A stretch of DNA of 64,000 nt from a virus, in the IMG/VR virus record IMGVR_UViG_3300008113_000033, positions 8,943 to 72,942 of that record; one strand, written 5' to 3'. Of this stretch, positions 41,585 through 51,892 are shown one piece after another. Made by a program: the position numbers and the translations under genes. Below the pieces are notes generated by a model. The model made no database searches and was not told where the DNA came from. It was given only the letters and a program-made list of their open reading frames with translations. How positions within the stretch are numbered: position 1 is the first letter of the stretch; every line of letters begins with the position of its first letter.

Positions 41585-43414
41585 ATGGCAATAGATACTA
41601 GTCTTTTCGGACGACTAAGAAGGTTATTTTCCACTGATGTAATAATTAGAAATGTAGGAGGTAATCAATTACGTACGATTGATGTTGACCGACTACAGAC
41701 TTACGGTAATATTCAAACCAATTCATTAATAGATAGATTCAATCGGATTCATGCCGGCAATTCAAAATTGTCGTATACTCCATTAATGAATTACCAAACA
41801 TTACGTACTTCACTTTACACGGACTATGAAGCAATGGATACAGATGCTATCATTGCTTCAGCGTTAGATATCATAGCTGATGAAGCTACTCTAAAAAACG
41901 AGCAGGGTGAAGTATTACATATTAAATCTCCAAACGATAAAACACAACGTGTACTTTATAATTTATTTTATGAAGTTCTAAACGTAGAATTTAATCTATG
42001 GTCATGGATTAGAACAATGTGTAAATATGGTGATTTTTATCTACACTTAGACATTGCAGAAAAATTTGGTGTGTACAATGCACTCCCATTCTCTGTATAT
42101 GATGTTCAACGTGAAGAAGGATCTAATCCAAATAATCCATCATATGTGCGTTTTAAGATTAATTTAAACCAATCATACGGATACGCTACAAACACAAATA
42201 AAGATGATTATTTTGAAAACTACGAAATAGCTCACTTTAGATTAATTTCAGACCCATCATATTTACCTTATGGCCGTTCATATCTTGAACCGGGTCGTAA
42301 AATATTCAAGCAATTAACTTTAATGGAAGATGCGATGTTAATACATCGTATTATGCGTGCTCCTGAAAAACGTATTTTCTATACAAACATTGGTAATATA
42401 GCTCCAAATGAAGTGGATGGATATATGGAAAAAATGAAGCAACGTATTAAGAAAGTTCCTTACGTTGATCCAACTACTGGCGATTATAACTTAAAGTATA
42501 ATATGATGAATTTAACTGAAGATTTTTACCTTCCAGTTAGAGGAAATGATACAACTACTAAAATCGATACTTTAAAAGGATTAGAATATACAGCAATCGA
42601 AGACGTATCTTACTTACGTGATAAATTGTTTGCTGCACTACGCGTTCCGAAAGCATTCTTAGGATACGAAAAAGATTTAACTGGTAAAGCTACACTTGCG
42701 TCTGAAGATATTCGTTTTGCTCGTACAGTAGAACGTGTACAACGTATTGTTGTATCTGAATTAACTAAAATCGCTTTAGTTCACTTATACACTCAAGGAT
42801 TTGATGATGCTGAATTAACGAATTTTGAATTATCGTTAACTACTCCATCTATCATTTATGAACAAGAAAAAATTGCTCTATGGAAAGAAAAAGTTGAATT
42901 AGCTGGTAATATAATGGATAAATCATTATTACCTACTGATTGGATTTACCAAAACATATTCCACTTCTCTGAAGATCAATACGCTGAGTTCCGTAACCAA
43001 ACAATTGAAGATAAAAAACGTTCATTCCGTATTTCACAAATTGAAAACGAAGGTAATGATCCAGTTGAATCAGGTACATCATTTGGTACTCCACATGATT
43101 TAGCTTCATTATATGGTAAAGGCCGTTATGGTGAAGTACCTATTGGATATGATGAAAAAGAAGCAGGACGTCCTGAAGAAAAAGTATCTGATTATGGAAC
43201 ACAAGATCACGCATTAGGTAAAGATCCAATTGGTGCTAAAGGTATGCACGAGCCGTTAAAATCGGCTGCTGGTACTGGTGCTACTTGGACATTAGAGAGT
43301 ACTAGAGTCGAATACTTAAAAAACAAGAAAATGTTAGAAAGTATAAACGTAAAGAAAACCAACGTATTCGAAGAACCTTCCATACTAAATGAATCAAATA
43401 TTCAAGATATATAA
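41585..43414 (+). CDS. portal protein (T4 gp20-like)
   Basis: LMEDAMLIHRIMRAPEKRIFY..IGN; EDFYLPVRG; IEDV.Y...KLFAALRVPK. Confidence 0.95.
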   Translation: MAIDTSLFGRLRRLFSTDVIIRNVGGNQLRTIDVDRLQTYGNIQTNSLIDRFNRIHAGNSKLSYTPLMNYQTLRTSLYTDYEAMDTDAIIASALDIIADEATLKNEQGEVLHIKSPNDKTQRVLYNLFYEVLNVEFNLWSWIRTMCKYGDFYLHLDIAEKFGVYNALPFSVYDVQREEGSNPNNPSYVRFKINLNQSYGYATNTNKDDYFENYEIAHFRLISDPSYLPYGRSYLEPGRKIFKQLTLMEDAMLIHRIMRAPEKRIFYTNIGNIAPNEVDGYMEKMKQRIKKVPYVDPTTGDYNLKYNMMNLTEDFYLPVRGNDTTTKIDTLKGLEYTAIEDVSYLRDKLFAALRVPKAFLGYEKDLTGKATLASEDIRFARTVERVQRIVVSELTKIALVHLYTQGFDDAELTNFELSLTTPSIIYEQEKIALWKEKVELAGNIMDKSLLPTDWIYQNIFHFSEDQYAEFRNQTIEDKKRSFRISQIENEGNDPVESGTSFGTPHDLASLYGKGRYGEVPIGYDEKEAGRPEEKVSDYGTQDHALGKDPIGAKGMHEPLKSAAGTGATWTLESTRVEYLKNKKMLESINVKKTNVFEEPSILNESNIQDI

Positions 43415-43449
43415 ACTAATCGATATTTATAACAGAGTAATACTAAGAC

Positions 43450-44304
43450 ATGTCTAAATTAAAAAATTCTAAATACAAAAACACTGGCATATTATTTGAG
43501 CTATTAGTGCGCCAAATTGCTAGTGATATTTTGTCTAATAAAGAACCACACGCGGCTACTTTAGTTAAAAAATATTTTTCAAATACAGAAATAGCTAAAG
43601 AACATAAATTATATCAAACATTAATTAATGTACAAGCATTAGCTGAATCAAAAGCAGATAGCTTAGTTGAAACTATCTTAAAATTATCTGAAAAATTAAA
43701 TAAAACTGCTTTACGTAAGGAAAAATATAACTTGATTAAAGACATCAAGGAAAATTATAACTTAGAAGATTTTTTTAAAGCAAAAATTCAAAATTATAAA
43801 ATTAACGCTGCCATTTTTAATTTAATGGAAGCACATACATCAACTGAATTTACTGATCCTAAATTAGTTATTGATAATCGAGTAACATTACTTGAATTTT
43901 TAACTAAAAAAGCAGTAGATAAATCAGTAGTTAAAGATCAAGTATTAGAAGAATATTCTAAGCAAGATAAGAGTACTCGTATGATGATTTATAAAATGGT
44001 AGTTGAAAATTTCAACTCAAAATATACAGATCTTCTACCAGAACAAAAAACATTATTGTCTGAATTCATCAAGAATATATCTAATACTGTATCATTAAAA
44101 GAATATGTTAATAATCAAATTCAAAATGTTAAATTAGAATTAGAAGTATTAACATCTAAAATTACAGATAAGAAAATTCAAATTAAATTATCAGAAGTAA
44201 ATAATATACTAAACATGATTCCTAAATCAGAAAATGTATCTGATGATGATGTTTTGAATTTGATGAATTACTACGAATTATTACACGAGTTAAGAACAGC
44301 ATAA
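43450..44304 (+). CDS. hypothetical head-region protein
   Basis: 284-aa helical ORF between portal and protease (KYKNTGILFELL). Confidence 0.75.
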   Translation: MSKLKNSKYKNTGILFELLVRQIASDILSNKEPHAATLVKKYFSNTEIAKEHKLYQTLINVQALAESKADSLVETILKLSEKLNKTALRKEKYNLIKDIKENYNLEDFFKAKIQNYKINAAIFNLMEAHTSTEFTDPKLVIDNRVTLLEFLTKKAVDKSVVKDQVLEEYSKQDKSTRMMIYKMVVENFNSKYTDLLPEQKTLLSEFIKNISNTVSLKEYVNNQIQNVKLELEVLTSKITDKKIQIKLSEVNNILNMIPKSENVSDDDVLNLMNYYELLHELRTA

Positions 44305-44780
44305 TGGAAAAATTACGTGAATTAATACGTCAAGCAATTGCTAAAGTTTTAGATGAAGAAAATGCTACATCTGGAGGCGAAGCATATATGACTAAATTTG
44401 CATTCTCTAAAGGTGGTAAAAACCGAGCTACTAAAACCGCTGAAAAGTTAGGATTTAAAGTAGTTGGTAATCGTCCAAAAACAGGAAAAACATACGAATT
44501 TGTTAAATACGAAGGACAAGATCCGATTAATGAGGTATCATATCGTTCATTTAATAAAACAATTTCAGAAGTTACTCCTGAACGTAAAATTTCAAAAGCA
44601 ATATTAGGTATTAAAAAACGTTTACGTGAAGTTAATCAAATAGTTGATTATAGTATTCGTTTACGTGAAGAAAATAGCCTAACTACTGAAAATTATCTTA
44701 CTAATTCAGTCCGCGGATTAGAAGAAATATCAACACGATTAACTGAATTAGACAAGAAAATTAAAAATTTAAAAGAATAA
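44304..44780 (+). CDS. putative internal head protein
   Basis: MEKLRELIRQAIAKVLDEE leader; INE site; coiled-coil end. Confidence 0.65.
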   Translation: MEKLRELIRQAIAKVLDEENATSGGEAYMTKFAFSKGGKNRATKTAEKLGFKVVGNRPKTGKTYEFVKYEGQDPINEVSYRSFNKTISEVTPERKISKAILGIKKRLREVNQIVDYSIRLREENSLTTENYLTNSVRGLEEISTRLTELDKKIKNLKE

Positions 44781-45298
44781 TGAAAAGTATATTCGATCAA
44801 TATAAAGCATTAAACGAAGGAACATTAGGTCAAGCTCAATTTTTACGTAATGTAAAAATGGCATTACCTAAATTTATTTCTAACACAACAACATTTGGTG
44901 ATGCTGTTAGAATTTTAAAAAACAAAGGTATTATTTCTGAAGTAAAATCATCTCCAATGGAGTATGGTATGCCGAATGATTGGTGTAATCCTCAAGAATA
45001 TAATTTAGGAATGCGCTATGAATTAGATAAAGGTACTGAAGAATTAAAAGCTGATAAGATCGTTTGCAAAAACTTAAAAGATAATGCTGCTTATTACTCT
45101 CAACTTCATTTAGCTGGATATGATGAATCAGCAATGAAAGTTGATCGTAAAAAACGTACTGATTTATCTATTGAAGTTAAAGGTGATAACTTTGTAGACA
45201 CTGCAAATGGTGTTAAAAAAGTAAAAATGGATAAATTGACTGAAGATGAAATGATCATTTTAGTTGGTCGTATCTTGAACGAAAGATCTAATGGATAA
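44780..45298 (+). CDS. putative internal head protein
   Basis: LNE, ISE, LTE and LNE sites; GMRYEL..KNL.DN..YYSQL. Confidence 0.65.
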   Translation: MKSIFDQYKALNEGTLGQAQFLRNVKMALPKFISNTTTFGDAVRILKNKGIISEVKSSPMEYGMPNDWCNPQEYNLGMRYELDKGTEELKADKIVCKNLKDNAAYYSQLHLAGYDESAMKVDRKKRTDLSIEVKGDNFVDTANGVKKVKMDKLTEDEMIILVGRILNERSNG

Positions 45299-45920
45299 GC
45301 AATTATTAATAGAAACAGCCTTATTTACCGCTACTCCTCAATCATTGAAGGAGTCGATGATGAATCCAAACGGTAAAATGTTTGTAGAAGGATTGATACA
45401 AATGGCTGAAACCAAAAATGGTAATGGACGTGTTTATCCATACGAAGTATTAAAGCGTGAAGCTGATAAATACCTACAAGGACCAGTTAAAGAACGTCGT
45501 GCATTAGGTGAATTAGACCATCCAGACTCTCCTGTTATCAACTTAAAAAATGTATCACATAACATTGTAAGTTTATATTGGAAGGGGCGCGAATTACACG
45601 GTAAAATTGAATTACTGCCTACACCATCGGGTAATATATTAAAAGAATTATTTAATAACAATATCACCGTAGGTATCTCATCTCGTGGTATGGGTTCTGT
45701 ACGTCAAATTGGTGAAACAATTGAGGTACAAGATGATTTTGAATTAATGTGTTGGGATTTTGTTTCAACCCCATCTACACCAGGTGCGTATATGGAAGTA
45801 GTAAATGAATCTATTTCATATTCTAAACCATCAAAAGATTATTCTAAAATAGATAGCTTAATTACTGAAATTATTTGTAACCGCACAGGATTTTGTACCT
45901 GTGATTTTGATAATATATAA
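45291..45920 (+). CDS. prohead core protease (T4 gp21-like)
   Basis: NGNGRVY, ALGELDHP, VSH, TPSGNI, GISSRGMGS and DFVSTPST motifs. Confidence 0.95.
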   Translation: MDKQLLIETALFTATPQSLKESMMNPNGKMFVEGLIQMAETKNGNGRVYPYEVLKREADKYLQGPVKERRALGELDHPDSPVINLKNVSHNIVSLYWKGRELHGKIELLPTPSGNILKELFNNNITVGISSRGMGSVRQIGETIEVQDDFELMCWDFVSTPSTPGAYMEVVNESISYSKPSKDYSKIDSLITEIICNRTGFCTCDFDNI

Positions 45921-46588
45921 TGGATTTAGAACAAATCGTAAAAGAAACCGTAGCTAAAATCGTTGCTGAAAAAACATTAACTGCTGCTGAAAAGAAAAAG
46001 AAAGAAGATATTGTAATGGCAATGAAAAAGGATTTCAAAGGTCCTAAAGCTGCTATGTATGCAATCGCAACTGATAAAGCTAAAAAATTAGCTGAAGAAT
46101 ACGATTTTGTAAGATCAGCTATTGAATCAGCATCTGGTGATAAAATTAGCTATACTGAAGAAGATGATTACGGTCGTACTATTTACTGGAGTACAAAAAA
46201 TCCTAATGTAAATTATTTTGTAGGAATGGGTGGTGAATTTGAAGGTAAAATTTACCTGTATAATGGTGAAACTGGTGAACGTTATCCAATCGGTGATTTA
46301 AAACACTATGGTGATGGACAAAATCATTCAGCTGATGATGACATGCACGAAGCATTCCAACCAAAATCATCATTTGATGATTATTCAATCGGAGACAACG
46401 TTACAGTAGCAGGTAAAAAAGCAAAAATCACAGCTATGAAAATGGATGATGAAACTGGCGAACGTAGAGCTCGAGTTAGATTCGAAGATGATTCAGTTAA
46501 AGATGTAAATATTAATTCATTAGACGAATCAAAAGAATTAGACAAATACGTCATTCGTAGATGGCAACACTACGCAGGGATTGAATAA
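45920..46588 (+). CDS. putative internal head protein
   Basis: MDLEQIVKETVAKIVAE leader; LAE, MHE and LDE sites; C-terminal RRWQHYAGI. Confidence 0.65.
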   Translation: MDLEQIVKETVAKIVAEKTLTAAEKKKKEDIVMAMKKDFKGPKAAMYAIATDKAKKLAEEYDFVRSAIESASGDKISYTEEDDYGRTIYWSTKNPNVNYFVGMGGEFEGKIYLYNGETGERYPIGDLKHYGDGQNHSADDDMHEAFQPKSSFDDYSIGDNVTVAGKKAKITAMKMDDETGERRARVRFEDDSVKDVNINSLDESKELDKYVIRRWQHYAGIE

Positions 46589-46624
46589 TTTATACCCCAC
46601 TATAGTCTCAGTATTATAGTTCTG

Positions 46625-46657
46625 GTGTCTTTTCTGCAAAGAGAAGGCACTTTTTTT
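46625..46657 (+). terminator. intrinsic terminator
   Basis: GTGTCTTTTCT-GCAA-AGAGAAGGCAC-TTTTTTT. Confidence 0.85.
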
Positions 46658-46790
46658 CGCTTTGAATATATCTACATATATTTATGGCAGACTCAAATAT
46701 ACCATGTCTATATGGTATTCGATTAAATTTAAAAACCCCCATTAAGATTCATTAATAATCTTATTTCCAAAACAAAAATTAAGGACAAAA

Positions 46791-47843
46791 ATGAGTAACA
46801 CAAAGCAAATCTTAAAAGATGCTATTGCTGATGCTAAAGCCGTTCGCGAAACTGCTCTTGCTAATGCCAAACTTGCTCTCGAAGAAGCGTTTACTCCTCA
46901 ACTTCAATCTATGTTAGCTGCAAAGTTACAAGAAATGGAAGAGGAAGACGAAGTTAAAGAGGAAGTTGCTGAAGGCGCAGAAGACCAAATGGAAGAAACT
47001 CTTGATTTAGAAGCATTATTAGCTGAGGATTCAGTTGAAGAAGCTAAAGAAGAAGGAGAAGAAGAAGCTGAAGAAAAAGCATCTGAAGAAACACCTGAAA
47101 AAGGTGAGGAAAAAGAAGGCGAAAAAGAAGAAGATAAAGATATCACTGAAATGTCGCCGGAAGAAGTTGAAGAATATATTCGCCAAATTGCGGCTGAAGA
47201 ATTCGAAAAATTAGAAGCTGGACAAGGTGAGGAAATTCCTGGCGAAGAAGGTGGAGAAGAAATCGATTTAGATGCTGAATTAGGAGCTGATGCTACTGCA
47301 GGTGAAGAAGAAATCAACATTGACGAGATGATCGACGAAACAGAAGAAACAGTAAACGAAGAAGAAATCGACGAAAACGATATCAACATCGATGAATTGT
47401 TAGCTGAGTTCGGTTTATCAGAAGAAGAAGAAGTAGAAGAAGGTTATGGCAAAGATGAAGATGATTCTAAATCCAAAATGGAAGAAGAATTAGCTCAAGC
47501 TTTAGCTACAATCGATGAACTTCGTTCTTCAATTCAAGAAGTGAATTTGCTAAACGCAAAATTACTTTACATGAATAAAGTATTTAAAGGTACTAACTTA
47601 ACTGAATCTCAAAAGATCGACGTAGTTAAAACTTTTGATAAAGCAGAATCAGCGAAAGAAGCTAAATTGGTTTACGAATCAATAATTACTACTTTCACTA
47701 AGAAAGCTGAAACAAAATCTAACATTAAAGAATCAGTTGGTTTTGCTTCAAAAGCAGTAGGAATGATTACTAATAGCGGTGCTAAAGTAATCGAAACTGA
47801 TGCTCAATACAACCGTTGGGAAAAATTAGCCTTCGGTAAATAA
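46791..47843 (+). CDS. prohead core scaffolding protein (gp22-like)
   Basis: Extremely acidic coiled-coil protein directly upstream of the capsid gene; many L/I/V-x-E sites; EVNLLNAKLLY. Confidence 0.85.
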   Translation: MSNTKQILKDAIADAKAVRETALANAKLALEEAFTPQLQSMLAAKLQEMEEEDEVKEEVAEGAEDQMEETLDLEALLAEDSVEEAKEEGEEEAEEKASEETPEKGEEKEGEKEEDKDITEMSPEEVEEYIRQIAAEEFEKLEAGQGEEIPGEEGGEEIDLDAELGADATAGEEEINIDEMIDETEETVNEEEIDENDINIDELLAEFGLSEEEEVEEGYGKDEDDSKSKMEEELAQALATIDELRSSIQEVNLLNAKLLYMNKVFKGTNLTESQKIDVVKTFDKAESAKEAKLVYESIITTFTKKAETKSNIKESVGFASKAVGMITNSGAKVIETDAQYNRWEKLAFGK

Positions 47844-47871
47844 TTTTAATAATAAATAAATTAATTTAAAA

Positions 47872-49548
47872 ATGAACGTACAAAGTCTTTTAGAAAGCGC
47901 AAACCCGTTCCAAGATCGTCAAGCAGAAGCTGGCAAATTAGTTGGAAAATGGGATAAAACAGGTTTATTGAAAAACCTTAAGAGTGAAAATGATCGTAAC
48001 AATATGGCGGTTATTTTAGAGAACCAAGCTAAAGCATTGGTTCAAGAAGCAAACGTAACTGGTGGAACTACTTCTATGTCAGGTGGTGCTGGTGAGAACT
48101 GGGCTGGTGTTGCTTTGCCTTTAGTTCGCCGTATCTTCGGTGAAATCGTAGCTAAAGAATTCGTTTCAGTACAACCAATGTCTTTACCTTCAGGTCTAGT
48201 ATTCTATTTGGATTTCAAATATTCAAACTTAGGAATGGGATCTACAGATGGTAAAGCTGGATTCGGAACTGCTTCTTTATATGGTAACCAAGCAGAAAAT
48301 CATCCAAACGTTAAAAACTTAGAGGTTGCTGGTGGTTTATATGGTGATGGTAGATTCGGATATTCAATCAATACTACTGCATCTGCAGGTATTGCTGGTA
48401 CTTCTGGATCAACTACTATTGCTACATTTAATTACAATTCAGCTGCTTCATCTTCAATTGGATCTTCAGCTCGTACAATTACTATCGCTTCAGGTTCATT
48501 AGTTGGTTTAGATGATAACGCTGTTAAAGCTATTGAAATTGCTTCAGGTTCAGGTGCTGGTTCAGTATCAGCTGCTAACGTAATCAATGAATTTACTACT
48601 TTGAACTCTAACGGTACAATTACTTTAGTTGTTTCTGGTTCTACAATTGGTGCTAACGCTAACCAAGTTTACACAGTAACTTATCCTAAAACTACTACTG
48701 TAGCTGCTCGTGGTGATTTTGAAGATGCTTCAGGTGCTGGTTATCCAAACTCAGAATCTACTACTCAAATTGCTATCCCTTCAGTTGATATCAAATTGAA
48801 ATCAGAAGCTATCGTTGCTAAGACTCGTAAGTTGAAAGCACAATGGACTCCAGAATTTGCTCAAGATTTGAACGCATACCACTCGGTAGATGCTGAATCA
48901 GAAGTAACTTCAATGTTGTCTAACTACATTGCAATGGAAGTTGATTTAGAATTATTAGGTATGTTAATTGAAAATGCTGCTACAACAGGTTACTGGTCAG
49001 CTGCTAACAATACATTCTGGAATGGTTCAGGATTTACAACTGTATCTGCAAACTCACAATCAGGTAATATCTCAGGATACTATAACTCTCAAGGTGAGTG
49101 GTTCCAAACTATCGGAACTGTATTGCAACAAGTTTCTAACAAAATTCACCAAAAGACATTGCGTGGTGGTGCTAACTTCTTAGTTTGTTCTCCAGCAATT
49201 GCTACAGTATTAGAATCAATCCCAGGATTTGCTACTGACGGTGATGGTGAGAAATCAGAATTCGGATTTGGTATCCAAAAAATCGGTTCATTAAATTCTC
49301 GTTACAAAGTTTACAAGAATCCATACTTGACTTCTAACCAAATCTTGATGGGTTATAAAGGATCTCAATTCCTTGAAACTGGTGCTGTTTACGCTCCATA
49401 CATTCCGTTGATCATGACTCCATTAGTATACGATCCAGAAACATTTACTCCACGTAAAGGTTTGATGACTCGTTACGCTAAGAAAATGGTTCGTCCTGAA
49501 TTCTATGGTAAAGTGTTTGTTCACGGATTAGAAACATTAGGATACTAA
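47872..49548 (+). CDS. major capsid protein (T4 gp23-like)
   Basis: LENQ, LPLVRR, VQPM..PSGLVF, KTRKLKAQWTPEFAQDLNAYH, YAPYIPL, FTPRKGLMTRY. Confidence 0.96.
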   Translation: MNVQSLLESANPFQDRQAEAGKLVGKWDKTGLLKNLKSENDRNNMAVILENQAKALVQEANVTGGTTSMSGGAGENWAGVALPLVRRIFGEIVAKEFVSVQPMSLPSGLVFYLDFKYSNLGMGSTDGKAGFGTASLYGNQAENHPNVKNLEVAGGLYGDGRFGYSINTTASAGIAGTSGSTTIATFNYNSAASSSIGSSARTITIASGSLVGLDDNAVKAIEIASGSGAGSVSAANVINEFTTLNSNGTITLVVSGSTIGANANQVYTVTYPKTTTVAARGDFEDASGAGYPNSESTTQIAIPSVDIKLKSEAIVAKTRKLKAQWTPEFAQDLNAYHSVDAESEVTSMLSNYIAMEVDLELLGMLIENAATTGYWSAANNTFWNGSGFTTVSANSQSGNISGYYNSQGEWFQTIGTVLQQVSNKIHQKTLRGGANFLVCSPAIATVLESIPGFATDGDGEKSEFGFGIQKIGSLNSRYKVYKNPYLTSNQILMGYKGSQFLETGAVYAPYIPLIMTPLVYDPETFTPRKGLMTRYAKKMVRPEFYGKVFVHGLETLGY

Positions 49549-49574
49549 TATTACTAATTTTTAGAATAGAAAGT

Positions 49575-49608
49575 AAGGTCGGAGCTCAGCTCCGGCCTTC
49601 TTTTGTTT
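49575..49608 (+). terminator. intrinsic terminator after the capsid gene
   Basis: AAGGTCGGAGC-TCA-GCTCCGGCCTT followed by CTTTTGTTT. Confidence 0.85.
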
Positions 49609-49661
49609 ATTGTAATAAATGGATTTTTACATATTTATTGCTGATAACTAAAATAAGTTTT

Positions 49662-50357
49662 ATGGCTTCAAATCACCACACGGATCCAATGTTTACTGAA
49701 AAACGTAAACCGAAAAGTCCAATTAAGTTCCAACTTCAATTAAATGAAGAACAAAAAGAAACAAAAGCAAAAATTCTAGAAAATGATATAACAATCATTA
49801 CAGGGCAGGCAGGAAGCGGTAAGACATTAGTAGCAGTCCAAACAGCATTGGATCAGCTATTTAACAAGGAAGTTGAAAAAATTATTATAGCAAGACCAGT
49901 AGTAACAGCTAAAGAAGAAATTGGCTTTTTACCTGGAGGAATTAAAGAGAAATTAGATCCATTTGTTGCTCCAATATACGATAATGCATATCGTTTATAC
50001 GATAAAGTAAAGGTGGATAAGTATTTTGAAGAGGGGGATATTGAAATCGTTCCATTCGCATTTATGCGTGGACGTAACTTTTCAAACGCATTTATTATTG
50101 TAGACGAGGCACAAAACGTTACTGATTCACAAATGGAAATGGTAATATCTCGTTTATGTAAAGGAAGTAAAATGGTGATTGTAGGCGATACTACTCAGAT
50201 AGATTTAAAATCTAAAAAAGATTCTGGTATGTATTTTCTATCAAAGCAAGTAGCAGGATCTGTAAAAGGAGTTGCTGCTATTACTTTAAAAACAAATCAT
50301 AGACACCCAATTGTGGAGTCAGTTTTGAATATGTATAAAGAATTAAGAGACTTATAG
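49662..50357 (+). CDS. phoH: PhoH-like ATPase
   Basis: GQAGSGKT, RPVV, GFLPG, AFMRGRNF, DEAQN, GDTTQID and HRHP; start set at ATG 49662. Confidence 0.93.
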   Translation: MASNHHTDPMFTEKRKPKSPIKFQLQLNEEQKETKAKILENDITIITGQAGSGKTLVAVQTALDQLFNKEVEKIIIARPVVTAKEEIGFLPGGIKEKLDPFVAPIYDNAYRLYDKVKVDKYFEEGDIEIVPFAFMRGRNFSNAFIIVDEAQNVTDSQMEMVISRLCKGSKMVIVGDTTQIDLKSKKDSGMYFLSKQVAGSVKGVAAITLKTNHRHPIVESVLNMYKELRDL

Positions 50358-50405
50358 TATATTGTACTAAGTCAATATTTATAACAAACACTACCTATTT
50401 GATTA

Positions 50406-51560
50406 ATGGCTAACATAGCAATATATACTGGTTCAACTTTTTTTACTACTGGATCTACTCCGTTTGGTTTTTATGATGCTGATTCAACATTCAGAACCGA
50501 TGCTGATAAAGTAGTAAAGTGGTGTGCACAACGTTTAGGATATCCAATTGAAAATATTGAATTACAAGATATTCAATTCTATGCTGCATTCGAAGAAGCA
50601 GTTACAATATACGGAAACGAAGTATATCAATGGAAAATTAGAGAAAATTACATTTCGATGGAAGGATCCTCAACTGGATCTGCTCTAAATAATCAAGTAA
50701 TTACTCCTAATCTAGCATCAACAATACGCATTGCTTCAACTTATGGTTCTGAAGCTGGCTCCGGTGGTACTACAACTTACTATACAGCATCAATCCCAAT
50801 TACAGCAGGTAATCAAAATTACAATTTAAATACTTGGGCAAGTGCTTCTGCATCACTACAACCAGGCGATTCGATTGAAGTTAAAACAGTATTTCAACAA
50901 ACACCACCAGCAATTGTTCGTTATTTTGATCCATATGCTGGTACAGGTACAGGTATACAATCATTACTTGAATCATTTAATTTCGGATCATATTCTCCAG
51001 GTATTAATTTTATGTTAATGCCATTGAATTTTGACATGTTAAAGCTACAAGCAATCGAATTGAATGACCAAGTTAGAAAATCAGCATATTCATTTGATTT
51101 AATAAATAATCAATTACGATTATTCCCCATACCAAAAGAAGATACTAATTTATTATTCCATTATATTAAAAAATCAGAACGTAATCAATCATTTATAAGT
51201 GGATCAGCTACCAATTTGGTTACAAACGTGTCTAACGTACCTTACAATAACCCAGTATATTCTCAGATTAACTCAGTAGGTAAAATGTGGATATTCCAAT
51301 ATACATTAGCATTAGTAAAAGAAATGTTAGCATATGTACGTGGCAAATATACTACTGTACCTATTCCAGGTGCTGAAGTTACACTAAATCAAGCTGATTT
51401 ATTAATTGATGCTCGTTCTGAAAAGGCAGCATTATTAGAGCAATTACGTGGAACCTTAGAAGATTCTTCTAGAACAAAACAATTAGAAAAAAGATCAATG
51501 GATGAAGATTATGTTCAAAAAACATTAAATAATATTCCAATGCCACTTTACATATTTTAA
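50406..51560 (+). CDS. neck/head-completion protein (gp13-like)
   Basis: RLGYP...IEL.D.QF...FEEA; W..QYTLAL.KEML..VRGKY..VP.PG..VTLN. Confidence 0.75.
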   Translation: MANIAIYTGSTFFTTGSTPFGFYDADSTFRTDADKVVKWCAQRLGYPIENIELQDIQFYAAFEEAVTIYGNEVYQWKIRENYISMEGSSTGSALNNQVITPNLASTIRIASTYGSEAGSGGTTTYYTASIPITAGNQNYNLNTWASASASLQPGDSIEVKTVFQQTPPAIVRYFDPYAGTGTGIQSLLESFNFGSYSPGINFMLMPLNFDMLKLQAIELNDQVRKSAYSFDLINNQLRLFPIPKEDTNLLFHYIKKSERNQSFISGSATNLVTNVSNVPYNNPVYSQINSVGKMWIFQYTLALVKEMLAYVRGKYTTVPIPGAEVTLNQADLLIDARSEKAALLEQLRGTLEDSSRTKQLEKRSMDEDYVQKTLNNIPMPLYIF

Positions 51561-51561
51561 T

Positions 51562-51891
51562 ATGAAATTAGTAGATATCCTTTTAGAATCATTTGAAACC
51601 TATTTTATGCAAGCCATAATAAAGGTAGAAAAATCTAAAGCAAATCAAACTGAAATATATAATCAAGTTAGAGCAATAAAAGATATTGTTGTAATTAAAG
51701 TTATTTCAAATGAAAAATTAGAATCACTATCAGATGCTAATTATGATTATGCTTTACTTGAAATTAAATTCATTAACGAAGGAACTCCTGAAGAAACAAT
51801 TAAAATGATTAAAGATGCTGCTTTAGGTATTAATGGACTAGTTAAGTTCTTTCCACGTGCTAAATCATTAGTCAAAATTAGAAACTACTAA
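51562..51891 (+). CDS. hypothetical protein with MKLVDILLE leader
   Basis: 109-aa ORF in the neck cluster. Confidence 0.7.
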   Translation: MKLVDILLESFETYFMQAIIKVEKSKANQTEIYNQVRAIKDIVVIKVISNEKLESLSDANYDYALLEIKFINEGTPEETIKMIKDAALGINGLVKFFPRAKSLVKIRNY

Positions 51892-51892
51892 T

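Noticed and set aside
39952-49548. Inteins or introns in terminase, portal or capsid genes
   Set aside because: Motif order is continuous, lengths are ordinary and no splice-junction or LAGLIDADG motifs were seen
49662-50357. phoH as a novelty
   Set aside because: PhoH is common in large aquatic phages
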